DNA of 63,199 nucleotides, filler included, from Atractiella rhizophila (taxonomy: Eukaryota), in the NCBI GenBank assembly GCA_021432655.1. It is 4 parts of 4 records of this genome, joined end to end, with 100 filler letters (N's around TTAATTAATTAA, not from the genome) between each part and the next. Parts side by side here need not be neighbours in the genome. Positions count along the whole stretch, not along the records: positions 1 to 30,062 come from MU271657.1; 3 more parts are not named here. The stretch is one strand, 5' to 3'. Below, one piece after another: positions 14,624 to 27,223 of the stretch; the stretch's first letter is position 1; every line of letters begins with the position of its first letter. Position numbers and translations under genes: made by a program. Under the pieces are notes generated by a model. The model was not told where the DNA came from. It made no database searches and was given only the letters and a program-made list of their open reading frames with translations.

Positions 14624-15005
14624 CGTGTTAAGTGCTTGTGGACAATTCTGCGCACAAAAGTGAGCCTGATTCTGCAGGACAGCGGGCAGAAAATCACCTA
14701 AAGTCGTCGTTGAAAACGCTTTCGACCACAGCGAATTGCTTGCCGGCACTAAGGTTCAGACTAACGTCAACACTTCCCGTCCCCGCTTCCGTTCGCTCCT
14801 CCCGCGGAAACCGCCCTTTTAATTGGCTGAGTGTTGCCATTCTCAAACGACCACTGGAGAACATCTCCCGCCTTCTCTGTAGGCTACTTTTCCTAGGGAC
14901 ACGCCACCTCTCTATTCAAGTTTGTGTCTCGATTTGTTCGCTGATTTTCATTTATAAACGGGACAGGGAAATGATCTAGTTCGCACTATTCGCGCTCAAA
15001 CAACA

Positions 15006-16328
15006 ATGGTAACTCTCTCCATGCCTCTACGATCGAGCAATGAGTGGCTCAGGAGTGTTTCTAAGAGGCTTCCCTTCGCGCACCATCATCACCACCCACG
15101 GAAAGGCGAATTCGAGCTCCCTGGCACCTTCCTAGGACAAGGCAGTTTCGGTTGCGTCTCACTCGTGACTTGGAACCCAGCCAGCTCTCCTACAACCCCA
15201 AAAGGGAGCAGACCATCCACGCCTACGTCGAAGAAAGTCGCTCTCAAGGTTGTGGACAAGGAGAAGGTATCCTCGAAGCATGTTCAGCGGGATATCATGG
15301 ATGCGATCAAGTTGATCAAACACCCCCACGTCGGTCTGTCGGCCTACCCTCCCCTCTCCGCTGTGAAATCGGAGTGCTGATGTTTGTCTCATGGGTGTCA
15401 GTCGAGTTACATGATTGGTTTGAGACAGAGAAACAGTTTTGGATGGCGTTCGAGCCTGCGGTGGGAGGAGAGCTGTACGATGAGATCGAGAAGAGGAAGT
15501 CTTTCGAGGAATGGGAAGTGAGATACATGATCCGGGATCTCCTTGTGTGTTCCCTCCTCGTCTTCATCGAACGATTTGGTGATACAGAATTCGTTAAGGA
15601 TGCGGTTGCACACGTCCACTCGCTTCACATCGTCCATAGAGATATCAAGCCTGAGAATATCTTCTTGAAGAGCCCGCCTTCTACCTCAGAGTCATCAGGA
15701 AGGACCAAATACCACTTGATGTTAGCGGATTTTGGAGGTGGGCCCTGCTTCTTTCACCTGATACCAGACCGTTGACAGTTGCAAGCGAATAGTGGCTCGA
15801 ACAAAGTTTCGCCTACATAATGCTGAAGAACTCATCACTGGCCCTCCTCGTGGTTCACCAGGTTATACTTCTCCAGAAATATACTCCGATACTGGTTATG
15901 ACGAAACTTGCGACGTTTGGGCATGCGGAATCATAGCATACATCCTGTTCGTCAATTTCTTCCATGCAATCACTCGCTGATTTCGCGTGAACAGACTCGT
16001 AGGTCGATTCCCTTTTTGGGAGCTCGAAGGGAAGGCCTTCGTACAGGAAGCAAGACGCGGATTCTACAATCCACCAAAAAAGAGCGAGGAGTGCAGAAAG
16101 TTCCTCAAAGCCGTTCTTGAGTTCGACATGGAAAAACGGCCCCAAGCGCGAGAGGCTCTACAGTGCGAATGGTTGAAAGAGGAAGCTGTGATCGAAAAAG
16201 ATTTCGGCAGGTTGGCGGTTGTAGACCAAAAGGACGAGTTGGAGCAGACGACGACGGAAGTGATGAGGAGGGGAAGCGTGGTGGAGAGGAAGGAAAGTAT
16301 TTTGGGAGAGGAGAGGGTTGGCGTCTGA
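15006..16328 (+). CDS. CaMK-group Ser/Thr protein kinase
   Basis: LGQGSFG, VALKVVDK, GGELYDEI, HRDIKPEN, DFG, GSPGYTSPE, DVWACGII. Confidence 0.9.
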
Positions 16329-16863
16329 TTCATCTGGTGTGCTTTGGTTTGCCAGTCGTTTTCGCTGCAGCAGTGTCCGTCAGCAGAAGTAGCAGGAAAT
16401 CTGGGAACGTCATTTGTGACTTCCGTTCGGCCTGGAGTTTGTTTCGTGATGTCCTCAAGATGTTGTGATCATAAAATCAGGAAGGAATGTAATAAAGTAT
16501 GTGTTTGTGATTGACCTTGATCATACGAGGAAGCCTCAATTCCAGTGGGTGAAGAAAGGAGTACCTTAATAAGCTACTCTTTATCACCTCTAATACCTTC
16601 ACTCTAGCACCCATGTAATCATGCGGCGAGGAGCTAGTCACTTCTGCAAGAGTTAAGACTGGGTGATGATTGAACTCGGACGAGAAAAGAAATTGTGCAT
16701 GCAAATTAACTCTTCTTCTTCAATCGTCCCAAATTTGAACGAAAGTCCAAGGATTCATGGACAGAATAGTTGTTAACTAAGTATAAAACCAATTACTTTT
16801 TTCCCAATCTACAATCACTAATCAAACCCTTCCCCATCTGCAGACAAGAAAAAGACGGACCTA

Positions 16864-17847
16864 TCAGGTCCTCCTTATGTACGGTGCTCTCCACCCACTG
16901 AGCAATGCTCTAGCCGCATCTCCTCCTTTACTACCTCTCGCACCATTACAGACCACATTAATGGTCACACCATAAGTATCGAGGGTATCCGCATTCGCTT
17001 CCACCTGCGGAAACAGTTTCACCGTCTCCTTATCCAACCCCAAGCTGACCTGACCGCCAATATTCTCCGCCGTCGGCCTCGTAGTTCCTGGCAAAAAGAG
17101 TCCCGAAAACGTCTTCAAGCGCGGAAGGACGACTTCGAAGAGCGTCTCCAGGAAGGCGTACGCTTGCGGTCCTTGGAGAGAGACTTTTGCGCCGCAGATT
17201 TGGAATTGGCGCATTTTGAAGGTGTTCACCTTCCTCGTTGTCCGGAGGAGCGTCATGTCTCGTGGGGGAGAGGCGGTGAGGACGGAGAGGAGGGTGAGGA
17301 CGCCGGGCATGGCGGTTTTGTTGCCGATGATGGAGGGGTTGAAGATGGAGACGACGACGTGGGAGAGGGAGGGGAGGGATGTGCGCGGTGAAAAGGGAGG
17401 ACGGAAGGATGGGAGCGGGGTGAGGGAACGGTTTCCGGGAAGGGGAGGAAGAGGTCGGTTGAGGGTGTAGGGATTGTATGCTCCAGAAGCATCGGCCACT
17501 TGCTTCCCAACCACCTCGAGATCTCCCTTCTCTAATCCTGATTCAATCCCTTCCCCACTCTCCGACGCCTCCTTATTTGCATCCTCGGGACGCACCAACA
17601 AACTCCTAACATCCCCTTTCCACCCCTTCCTCCTCTCCGAAGGATTCGGCTGTTGCCCAGCTCGCAGATATTGGAAGTGGTTGTAAGTGAGGTAGAGCAG
17701 GTCATGGACCAGACGCTGCTCGTAATGCTGCTGCAACCGTGGGCGGTAGAAGGGTGCGTACTGCGGGAGGCGAATGACGGGAACGGTGGGATGAGGAGAA
17801 CGCGGGAGACGCAGGGCGCGTTTGGAGGTAGAGGCAGCAGCGGACAT
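16864..17847 (-). CDS. MRPL7: Mitochondrial large-subunit ribosomal protein uL5m (MrpL7-like), intronless
   Basis: RLQQHYEQRLVHDLLYLTYNH; FKMRQFQICGAKVSLQGPQAYAFLETLFEVVLPRLKTFSG; FPQVEANAD; ARALLSG. Confidence 0.88.
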   Translation of the reverse strand: MSAAASTSKRALRLPRSPHPTVPVIRLPQYAPFYRPRLQQHYEQRLVHDLLYLTYNHFQYLRAGQQPNPSERRKGWKGDVRSLLVRPEDANKEASESGEGIESGLEKGDLEVVGKQVADASGAYNPYTLNRPLPPLPGNRSLTPLPSFRPPFSPRTSLPSLSHVVVSIFNPSIIGNKTAMPGVLTLLSVLTASPPRDMTLLRTTRKVNTFKMRQFQICGAKVSLQGPQAYAFLETLFEVVLPRLKTFSGLFLPGTTRPTAENIGGQVSLGLDKETVKLFPQVEANADTLDTYGVTINVVCNGARGSKGGDAARALLSGWRAPYIRRT

Positions 17848-18068
17848 CTCAAGCTACCTGCCTTACAAGTTCAGCAACTAACATTATACGAGAGACCTAC
17901 GCACCTTTGCGCTTTTAAAAAAAAGACAATAAAACAATTTTTGCTACCATGGAGCACAGATGCTTTATGTCCGAACTTTGCGGCGACGCACTGACAGCGC
18001 CATGTGATTTGAAATGAGCTGGGCGCTTTGTTTTATCTTGTTGGTGACTTCCCACGGCCACGTCGTTG

Positions 18069-20229
18069 ATGATCTCCACATCAGCACGTTCCTCGCTCTC
18101 CTCCTTCTCGCACGTCTCCCAGACGACCCTCGGCAGTCCGCTCCGCATGCTTTCCAGCGCATCCTCCATCCCCTCCCTCGCCCCATCCGAGGCCCACTCC
18201 CTCGTCTCCTTCCTCAACGCCTCTCCCACCGCCTACCACGCCGTCGCAACCTCCATCACCTCCCTCGAGGCGGCCGGGTTCAAGAGGCTCTCGGAGAAGG
18301 AGGACTGGGGCCTGTCGGAGCTGCAGAAGAGAGGAGGCGGCAGGTTCTACGTCACGCGCAACCAGAGCAGCTTGATTGCCTTCACTATTCCCAAGGATAT
18401 CCGTGGAGACGCGGCGGCGAATATCGTGGGAACTCATACGGATAGTCCGCATTGGAGGGTTAGACCTAGGAGCTGGAAGGAAGCCGAGGGCTATTTGCAG
18501 GTGGGAGTGGAGACTTAGTGAGTGTTTCCATTGAGCTCAGATGCTGTAAGCTGGATATGGGGAGCTTTTCAGTATACAAAATTGCCATTTCATGGTGGGG
18601 AATCGACGAAAAATCATCAATGTCATCTCTCCCTCTCTTCCCTTTGTTCTTGTTTTAAAGTTCAACGACAATGGGCGATGTTGTGTTTGCGGCAAACCGA
18701 CGGCCTCTATTATTTGGATTCCTGAATCTTTGTTTTGACGATCTGTAAAAAGTTCTAAGAGGACACGATTGGCCGGTCTCCGTTTAGAAAATGTTGCTGG
18801 TTGCTAAATTTATTTATTTGTGACGGGTAATGTGACCCCTGGGTTGCTTGCACAGGCTACCAATTATTGTCCTTGCCGCTTGTCGTACACTACAAAGCAG
18901 CAAGCCTACATGGTAAGCCCATAGCGATTCATTTTTTGGGCATGATCACTCATTGCTGAGCCACAATGAAATGGTCCAATCAAAATTCGATACATTTCCA
19001 TCTATCAGCATATCACTCTTGGCTAAAAATGGACACTAACATTCCGTGTTGTGTAGTGGCGGAGGGCTCTGGCAGACATGGGTTGACCGCGACCTCTCAC
19101 TCGCTGGACGCATATTTGTGGCGACTCCATCAGGCGTAAAGTCCCACTTGGTGCAATTACCGATTGATAAACCGATTCTACGGATACCCACGCTTGCTGT
19201 TCACCTCGGACGAGCCCAGGGCGAGAAACAAGAATATAATCTAGAGACCGTACGTTTTTGCTCCAACGGCGTGATGGGCGTTAGAATTGATATAAATTGA
19301 TCATAGGAAATGACACCAATTATTGGCATCAAGCAGAGCCTGGAGAAGGCTTTCAACGTGGAGGTACCAAAGAAGGATGGGTCAAGGGAGGCAGATCACC
19401 ACCCTGTCCTCCTCCGCCTGTTGGCAGATCACCTCACGACCTCATTAGCAGAAGATATCTCGCCCTCACAAATTAAGGATTTCGACCTGCACCTGTACGA
19501 TACGGTTCCCAGCACCCTGGGAGGAGCGGCGAGCGAATTCGTGATCTCTGGGCGCTTGGACAACCTCTTCTCCACCTTTTCAGCCGTCGAGGCTCTCATT
19601 CGTTCCACCAAATCAGCCACCGCTGCGAACAGGATCAACGTCGTTGCGTCGTGGGATAACGAGGAGATCGGGTCCACTTCGGCCTTTGGAGCGGAGAGCT
19701 CTTTCCTCCCTTCGATCCTGGAACGCCTCGCCGGCGCTTCCTACCGCTCCTTCATGGCGAGGTCCTTCCTCCTATCTTCGGATATGGGTCATGCTATACA
19801 CCCTGCGTTCCCCTCGAAGCACGAAAGCAATATGAAACCAATCATAAATGGTGGACCGGTCCTAAAGACCAATGCGAAGCAAAGATACGCTTCGACGGGT
19901 GAGACGAGGACGTTGGTGAAACAGGTGGCGGAGTTGGCGGGTGTGCCATTGCAGGAATACGAAGTCAGGTTCGTCTTCTTCTGACCTCACTTTGCTTTGG
20001 TGGACGAGTTGCTGAGGAATTTTTTAGGAATGATATGGCTTGTGGATCTACGATTGGTCCTCTCGTTTCTGTGCTGGGCCTCAGAACTGTGGACGTCGGC
20101 GCGCCTCAATGGAGCATGCATAGCGTGAGGGAGACGGCTGGCAGCGTTGATGTTAAGCTTCTCATTGATTTGTTTGCGACGTTTTTTGAGAGGTTTGGAG
20201 AGCTTGACACTGGCATGTTGGGAGAATAG
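18069..20229 (+). CDS. APE4: Aspartyl aminopeptidase (peptidase M18)
   Basis: [90 protein letters not shown]; 539-bp intron at 18518-19056. Confidence 0.95.
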
Positions 20230-20756
20230 CGTGTTGTAAAGATGTTGTACAGAGTACGAGTGTGTGAGAATCGGAATATGATGTCAATACAGCTAAAGAA
20301 AGAGTTGACCTGCTGTGATTGTTCTCCAGAGTCCAGAGTCATCTGTAAGTACGCAACCTGTCGGGCAGCCCCGTTCTCGTGTACAAGGGGTAAGAAGTTC
20401 TCGACAAGGATGCTCAAACTCAGGTTAATTCTCCCGAGACGACTAATAGAGTAAGATAACTTTCGTTCATGCTCACCATCCTGATCATGATCCTCAATAT
20501 TCAATGCACGGTCGTAATCATTCTTTAGGCTCGAGAATCAAAGGATTACTGAAAGAAGAGGTTCAAGGACATCACCTTCAGGCTTCGACAACAGCGCATC
20601 GAGCAAATGATGGAAGAACGCATGATCTTGGTTGTTTGCTTGATGAAGGATACAACAAATGCGAGACAGAAAACGAATAGATCATGCACCTTTTCAATTT
20701 GTAAGTGTCCCCAACGCTCTTTTGCACAGTCCGTCCCCTCCAAACTGTGTGCCCTC

Positions 20757-21346
20757 TTAAGCAGTATTCCGCAACACTGTTCCCTCTTCGCTTCAGGTGA
20801 CAGAATTGCGGTAAAACATAAACGTACCAAGAATGACACTGTCCCCTCTAAGGAACATCTTGCTGATGAACCTATCCTTGTTGATGGGCTTCTTCCCAGC
20901 TTTGTTAGAGCCTTTCGGATGCTCCGTCCACATCTCTTTTACATTCTCCAGCACCTACATTCCAGCCCATCCAAAAGGAGTCGATGATTGCATCAACACC
21001 ACGGCCCTCGATCAGAGAAGAAAGGAAAGAGACGGCGCACCATGTTAGCATGCCTATCAAACGCCTTCACGCGTCCTAACAGCTTCCGTCCATTTCTCAG
21101 GGCAATAAGAATTTGCGTATGGTTCTTTACTGATGTTTGTAGGACGGAAAGAGGGCCAGTGGAGATCTCATGCTCTTCTAATGCTCGGATTTGCTCCTCA
21201 GCTGTTCCCGTCAACGACGTTTAACTTCCTCCTTCAAGATCAAGCACATAACCCACTGAGTTCAGATTTCAAGGAATTCGTGTGTTGCCTGTCCCGTTTT
21301 TCAGTAAGAAACACAACGAATACACTCAAAGAAAAGCCTACGACAT
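20757..21346 (-). CDS. SMD2: Small nuclear ribonucleoprotein Sm D2
   Basis: [74 protein letters not shown]. Confidence 0.95.
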
Positions 21347-21907
21347 CGTTGGCACGTCTGAGATGTGAGATTGGTGGCAACTTTTGCTGGCCTTCTGTTT
21401 GTGGACGGAAAAGCGGAAACGACACAACAGAAAAAGTTGCAAAAACGACGGAGGCGATAATTTGGGGCTTTGCACTTAGGAACATAGGAAGTATGGCTAC
21501 ACGAGTTGTTTCTCTTAGGAATATTGGCGCTGGAAGCCTCAAAAGCGCTCAGAAACAGGGGTTGAGAAGCTTCGGTGAGTAGTTCTTTCTCTCTCCAACG
21601 GAGGTATGGTGGGCGAAAGTGCCTCCACTGCCTCTACCCTTTTCAAGCTAAGTGCAAAAGAAGTGGAAACATAAACAAGGTGTTATTTCCGAAGCGTTTA
21701 TCCCAATTGTCGAGTTAGAAATGTGAAAAACAGACGGCTGGCACGTCAGCACCATGGAGCTGGTTCAAATTTTGCAATCTTGACCAGCGGCTAGCCGGCC
21801 TTACACGGCGCGCTCGAGCTACGCTAATAACTGCTTTGTGGAGGCTTTGAGTTATTGAGGAACAATTTCCGGCTGGAGGAGAGCGTGGGCCGTAGTGACG
21901 AGTTTCC

Positions 21908-23475
21908 ATGCACTCTACTACTCTTCACCTTCTGCCGTAAGAGTGTTTCTTATCTACGTTTAGGTTCTCTACCATGCCGTACATTGACCACCTCGGTTTC
22001 TCGCCCTCTCCGTTCTCCACGAGCCCACTCCCTTCTCGTCCCCTCTACGTTCCATGTCCCCTCTCAGTCCACTCTTGGACTTCCTCGATTCGCAAGTTTT
22101 GTGCGCGACAAGCCGCACATGAACATCGGAACTATTGGACACGTCGATCATGGAAAGACTACACTCACGGCTGCCATCACAAAAGTGCTTGCAGAGAAGA
22201 TGGGGAAGGGAACCTTCATGGCATACGACCAAATCGACAAGGCTCCTGAGGAGAAGGCTAGGGGTATCACTATCTCCACCGCTCATGTCGAGTATGAGAC
22301 GTCGAAAAGACATTATGCTCATGTCGATTGTCCGGGACACGCGGATTATATCAAGAACATGATTACGGGTGCTGCTCAAATGTAGGTTTCTCTTTTAGAA
22401 GGCAACAGAAGTCGAGATGCTAACGAGTGGGTAGGGATGGTGGGATGATTGTCGTCTCCGCCGTCGACGGACAGATGCCTCAGACTCGTGAACATCTTCT
22501 CCTCTCACGGCAGGTCGGTATTCAGAAGCTCGTCGTCTTCATCAACAAAGTCGACACGATTTCCGACCCCGAGATGCTCGAGCTGGTCGAGATGGAAATG
22601 CGCGAGCTTCTAACTCAGTACGGTTTCGACGGAGAGAACACTCCCATCATCCCAGGCTCCGCTCTCATGGCTCTTAACGGACAAGACGACAATGGGATCG
22701 GAGTCTCCGCCATCGGCAAGCTCATGGACGCCGTTGACACTTGGCTCGATGAGCCCGTTCGAGAGATGGACAAACCTTTCCTAATGGGTGTTGAAGATGT
22801 CTTCTCTATCCAAGGTCGTGGTACGGTCGTGACTGGCCGTGTGGAGCGAGGAACCGTTCTCAAAGGAACCGATCTCGACTTGCTTGGTATGGGCGTGAAC
22901 AAGCGCGTTACGATTACCGGTATCGAAATGTTCCACAAGGAATTGGAGCGTGGACAGGCCGGTGATAATATGGGAGCATTGTTGAGAGGCGTGAAGAGGG
23001 AAGAAATCAAGCGCGGGATGGTCCTCGCTGCCCCTGGATCCGTGAAACCTGTCAAGAGGATGCTTGCCTCTCTTTACGTTTTGACCAAGGAAGAAGGTGG
23101 AAGATACACCTCTTTCAGTTCTGGATACAGACCTCAACTTTTCATGCGCACATCCGACGTGACTGCTCTCCTTACTTTCCCTGAGGAGGACCGGCCAAGC
23201 GAAGAGTTCATCAAGGGATTGAAAACTTTCAGCGCTTTCATGGAGGAGGGAGAAGATGCTAAGAAGAAGAAGAAGGTTGATAAGGAGGTCAACCCAGGCG
23301 ATAACGTTGAAATGATTCTTTCCCTCACCCACGACGTCCCTCTGGTTAAAGGAGAACGATTCACCCTTCGTGAAGGTGGAAAGACTGGTATGCCTTTTTT
23401 TTTATTTTTTCGAAACAAAGCTGATAAAAATAATTTGCAGTTGCGACTGGTATCGTCACGCAGATTGAGGAGTAA
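21908..23475 (+). CDS. TUF1: Mitochondrial elongation factor Tu (exact start uncertain)
   Basis: [69 protein letters not shown]; Ser/Arg-rich presequence. Confidence 0.95.
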
Positions 23476-23594
23476 AGGGAATGAAGAGATCAAAAGTATT
23501 TCGAGTGCTCTGATGTGAGCGTTGTGCATATCCTTCGACTTTTAATCCTGCTCATTAGACACCTACTTATCTATTTACGCTGTCTGCTCACATG

Positions 23595-24549
23595 TCACTC
23601 GGTTGCTTCAAGTACACCTCTCAGCTCAATTAATGATTGCATTCCTTCATTCTTCAAGGTTTCGCTGCTGAGTGCTGAGCACGACTGCTGCCTCACAGAA
23701 ATTTGCAGTAACTCGGGCAACCCGTCAAAAAATGAAGGCATATAAGCATCGTACCTTCGTCTCACAGTAATGGCTGACAGTGGTGGAGCTTTTACTCGTG
23801 CCACAACAAGCGATTGCCTAGCCTTCCATCTTTTGGTCTCTTAGGATCAGAATATATCCATTAGAAACCCAAGGGAGAATGAGGAATGTCGTTTTTTATG
23901 TTTTGTTTAAGATTTTCAAAGGATCGCTGTTTATGAAAGTGGACACAGTTTTTCGATGTACAGGCTCAAAGAAAGTTATTTCCGCCGTGGGTGGAACTAG
24001 TAGGAGGGATCTGGCGTTTGGATGGTTGATTTATATCTCGAGGTTGGGACAAGAAAGTGTTTACGCGCTGAGACAAATGCAGACTACTACACCATTGGTT
24101 TACCATGTCAACAAGAGTCGATAGCTTATGATGGTCCGCTGCTATTAAGAAGGACCTTCAAATGGATCCTTATCGCGAGCGTCAGTGTTACCTCGGGGCA
24201 GGGTGGAACGGGACAACGTACGAGCGAGCAATCCTCCTAGGAGAGGCAACACCACGTCTTGAGGAATAATGAACTGTATTCCATGCACCTCAATGATGTA
24301 GCCCTGCTCCGTCTTCCCCTGAAAAAATTGAATTCTGAGTGAAAACTGGAAGTGAGGGCGATGGAGGCTTACGACAATCCTCCATTGGCTAGTGTTCGCG
24401 TTAGGTGACGTTTCCATATCAAGAGTTTTTGCGCACTGGATAGAAGTTACTTGAAATCCACAGGAGTGAGTGGAATAGAGATGGGCATGATCTTCGCTTA
24501 ATATATGGCTGAGACGGTACTCTTCGTGGATCAAACTGTCATTCTTCAA
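23595..24549 (-). pseudogene. Degenerate or fragmented ORFs of unknown family, adjoining the minisatellite
   Basis: Short minus-strand ORFs (24145-24549, 23595-23804). The 3' end has a diverged copy at ~25586-25688 and ~28826-29010. No recognisable domain. Confidence 0.25.
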
Positions 24550-25497
24550 CGCATAGATCGAACCCTAATTCTTCGTGCATCAAACAGTTATTTTTGATGC
24601 TTCCATAATGAAACGGTCCTTCTTAATAGATTCCGTCAGCCCATTCTTCATACATCACGCATCACGATAGACCAACCGGCCATTCTTCATACTCATCGAA
24701 TCAACAAATCGTTTGGATCAACCAACAACCGGTCATTCTTCGTGCATTAGATCAACCAACCGGTCATTCTTCGTACATATTGGATGAGTCGGCCATTCTT
24801 CATACATATTGGATGAATCGGTCATTCTTCATACACCTTAGATCAACCAACCGGTCATTCTTCGTGCATATTAGATCAACCAACCGGTCATTCTTCGTGC
24901 ATATTAGATCAACCAACCGGTCATTCTTCATACATATTGGATGAGTCGGCCATTCTTCATACACATTGGATGAATCGGTCATTCTTCATACACCTTAGAT
25001 CAACCAACCGGTCATTCTTCATACATATTGGATGAATCGCACATTCTTCATACACCTTAGATCAACCAACCGGTCATTCTCATACATATTGGATGAGTCG
25101 GCCATTCTTCATACATATCGGATGAATCGGTCATTCTTCATACACCTTAGATCAACAACCGGTCATTCTTCGTAGATATTAGATCAACCAACCGGTCATT
25201 CTTCGTACATATTGGATGAGTCGGCCATTCTTAATACATATTGGATCAATCGGTCATTCTTTATACACCTTAGATCAACCAACCGGTCATTCTTCATACA
25301 TATTGGATGAATCGGTCATTCTTCATACACCTTAGATCAACCAACCGGTCATTCTTCGTACATATCGGATAAGTCGGTCATTCTTCATACACCTTGGATC
25401 AGCCAACCGGTCATTCTTCAGACAGGTTGGATCAACCAATCGTCGGCCATTCTTCATGCATGTTGGATCAACCGCCGCAGCCATTTTTCATACATCA
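24535..25497. repeat. Compound minisatellite of interspersed 33-bp and 29-bp units
   Basis: Shared core CGGYCATTCTTCRTRCAYMTTRGAT followed by CAACCAAC (33-mer) or GAGT/GAAT (29-mer); roughly 25-30 units, decaying at both ends. Confidence 0.95.
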
Positions 25498-26140
25498 ACG
25501 TTTAATCAAACGACACTCTCAGATGCTTTACGGACCAAGATATCGATGATTCCACAAGGTCAAATATACTGAGGGCTCCTAGGGTAAGCGCTCTGAGCAT
25601 CGTGCACATCGCTCAGTTTTGAGTACTCATTAGACGCGTACGTATCCATTTCTGCTGTCCACTCACATGTCACTTGATTGCTTTAACCNNNNNNNNNNNN
25701 NNNNNNNNNNNNNNNNNNNNNNNNNNNNNNNNNNNNNNNNNNNNNNNNNNNNNNNNNNNNNNNNNNNNNNNNNNNNNNNNNNNNNNNNNNNNNNNNNNNN
25801 NNNNNNNNNNNNNNNNNNNNNNNNNNNNNNNNNNNNNNNNNNNNNNNNNNNNNNNNNNNNNNNNNNNNNNNNNNNNNNNNNNNNNNNNNNNNNNNNNNNN
25901 NNNNNNNNNNNNNNNNNNNNNNNNNNNNNNNNNNNNNNNNNNNNNNNNNNNNNNNNNNNNNNNNNNNNNNNNNNNNNNNNNNNNNNNNNNNNNNNNNNNN
26001 NNNNNNNNNNNNNNNNNNNNNNNNNNNNNNNNNNNNNNNNNNNNNNNNNNNNNNNNNNNNNNNNNNNNNNNNNNNNNNNNNNNNNNNNNNNNNNNNNNNN
26101 NNNNNNNNNNNNNNNNNNNNNNNNNNNNNNNNNNNNNNNN

Positions 26141-26887
26141 CAGGGATCTGTCGGACATCCCGTCCACCATCTCCGTCCAACTGGTCAGAGGCCGCCTCCT
26201 CCTCGGTTACACAACCACCTCATCCATCGAGCTCCTCTCAAACTCTCCCCTCTCCCCTCCAGTCGCCTTAACGGACGGCTCGACCACCGTGGAGCTGCCT
26301 ATCTCCCTCTCAACAAGGAGTAGCTATTTTATTGCCTGGACTAGTCAGTGTCTTTAGTTCTCGAAAGTTGGTACTCAGGCGATCACAATAGATGAGGACG
26401 GAACGAGCCGCACGTCAGCGACCTTTACCATCAATGCAAATCCAGACGCCCCGAGTGCAGCAAGTGGTGGACCAGTCGTCAGCGACACACCAACAGGGTC
26501 TCTCATTCCACTTCCCACCGTGCCTGTGCCCAGCGAAGCAGCGACGGTACGCATTTCCCAGTCTTCCGTCTCTTTCTCTCCTTCGCAATCACTAACTTCG
26601 TGGCGTACCCTGTCGGGCAGACCACAACCCAGCGCTTCAACTTCACAGTGGCGCCTATCCCATTTCCCACCACCTCCGTCTCACTCCCCGGTGTCCCGTC
26701 AACCATTAGCAGGAGTCTAGAGCCCACTGTGTCTCTCCCCAACTCTACAACCAGCACAACCACATCGACCAGTACGGCGACCAATTTGCCCAATACCGGA
26801 AGCAATTCGCCTGCGGATAAGTTGGAGGTGTCAAAGGTTGGACTAGCTTACTTCCTGCTTGCCATGGCTGGAGCCATCGTCCTCTAA
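26141..26887 (+). CDS. Secreted Ser/Thr-rich, probably GPI-anchored cell-surface protein, copy 1 (5' part in N gap)
   Basis: DLSDIPSTISVQLVRG.., Thr/Ser-rich stalk, hydrophobic C-terminus VGLAYFLLAMAGAIVL*. Confidence 0.7.
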
Positions 26888-27223
26888 GACTTTCTGGAGT
26901 GACGGAAAGGAGGTGTTGTTGTTGCCAAAACTTGAATTACTTGCTTCTTGCTTGTGCATATGCGGAATTAGTTGCAGATTGAATTTGCTTGTTTGCGATG
27001 GAAATGTTTGTGGTACATCATCATCATCTCGTTTCGTGACAATGCTGGGCTAAAGAATTATTTACAATGCTACGGACCGTGAGTTTGTTGGCTGGGTGAT
27101 GGTACACGGATGGTGATGCTACTAAGAGTCCATTTATAAGAGTCCATCTCTCTCTTTTCTTCCTGGCTGAACGAAAGTACGGAAATTCTAAGCACGAAAA
27201 GGTCCATGAGCAAAAAAAACTGG

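Noticed and set aside
24535..25497. CRISPR-like repeat/spacer array
   Set aside because: The variable parts are 4-8 nt recurring tails, not unique spacers; eukaryotic context and no cas genes.
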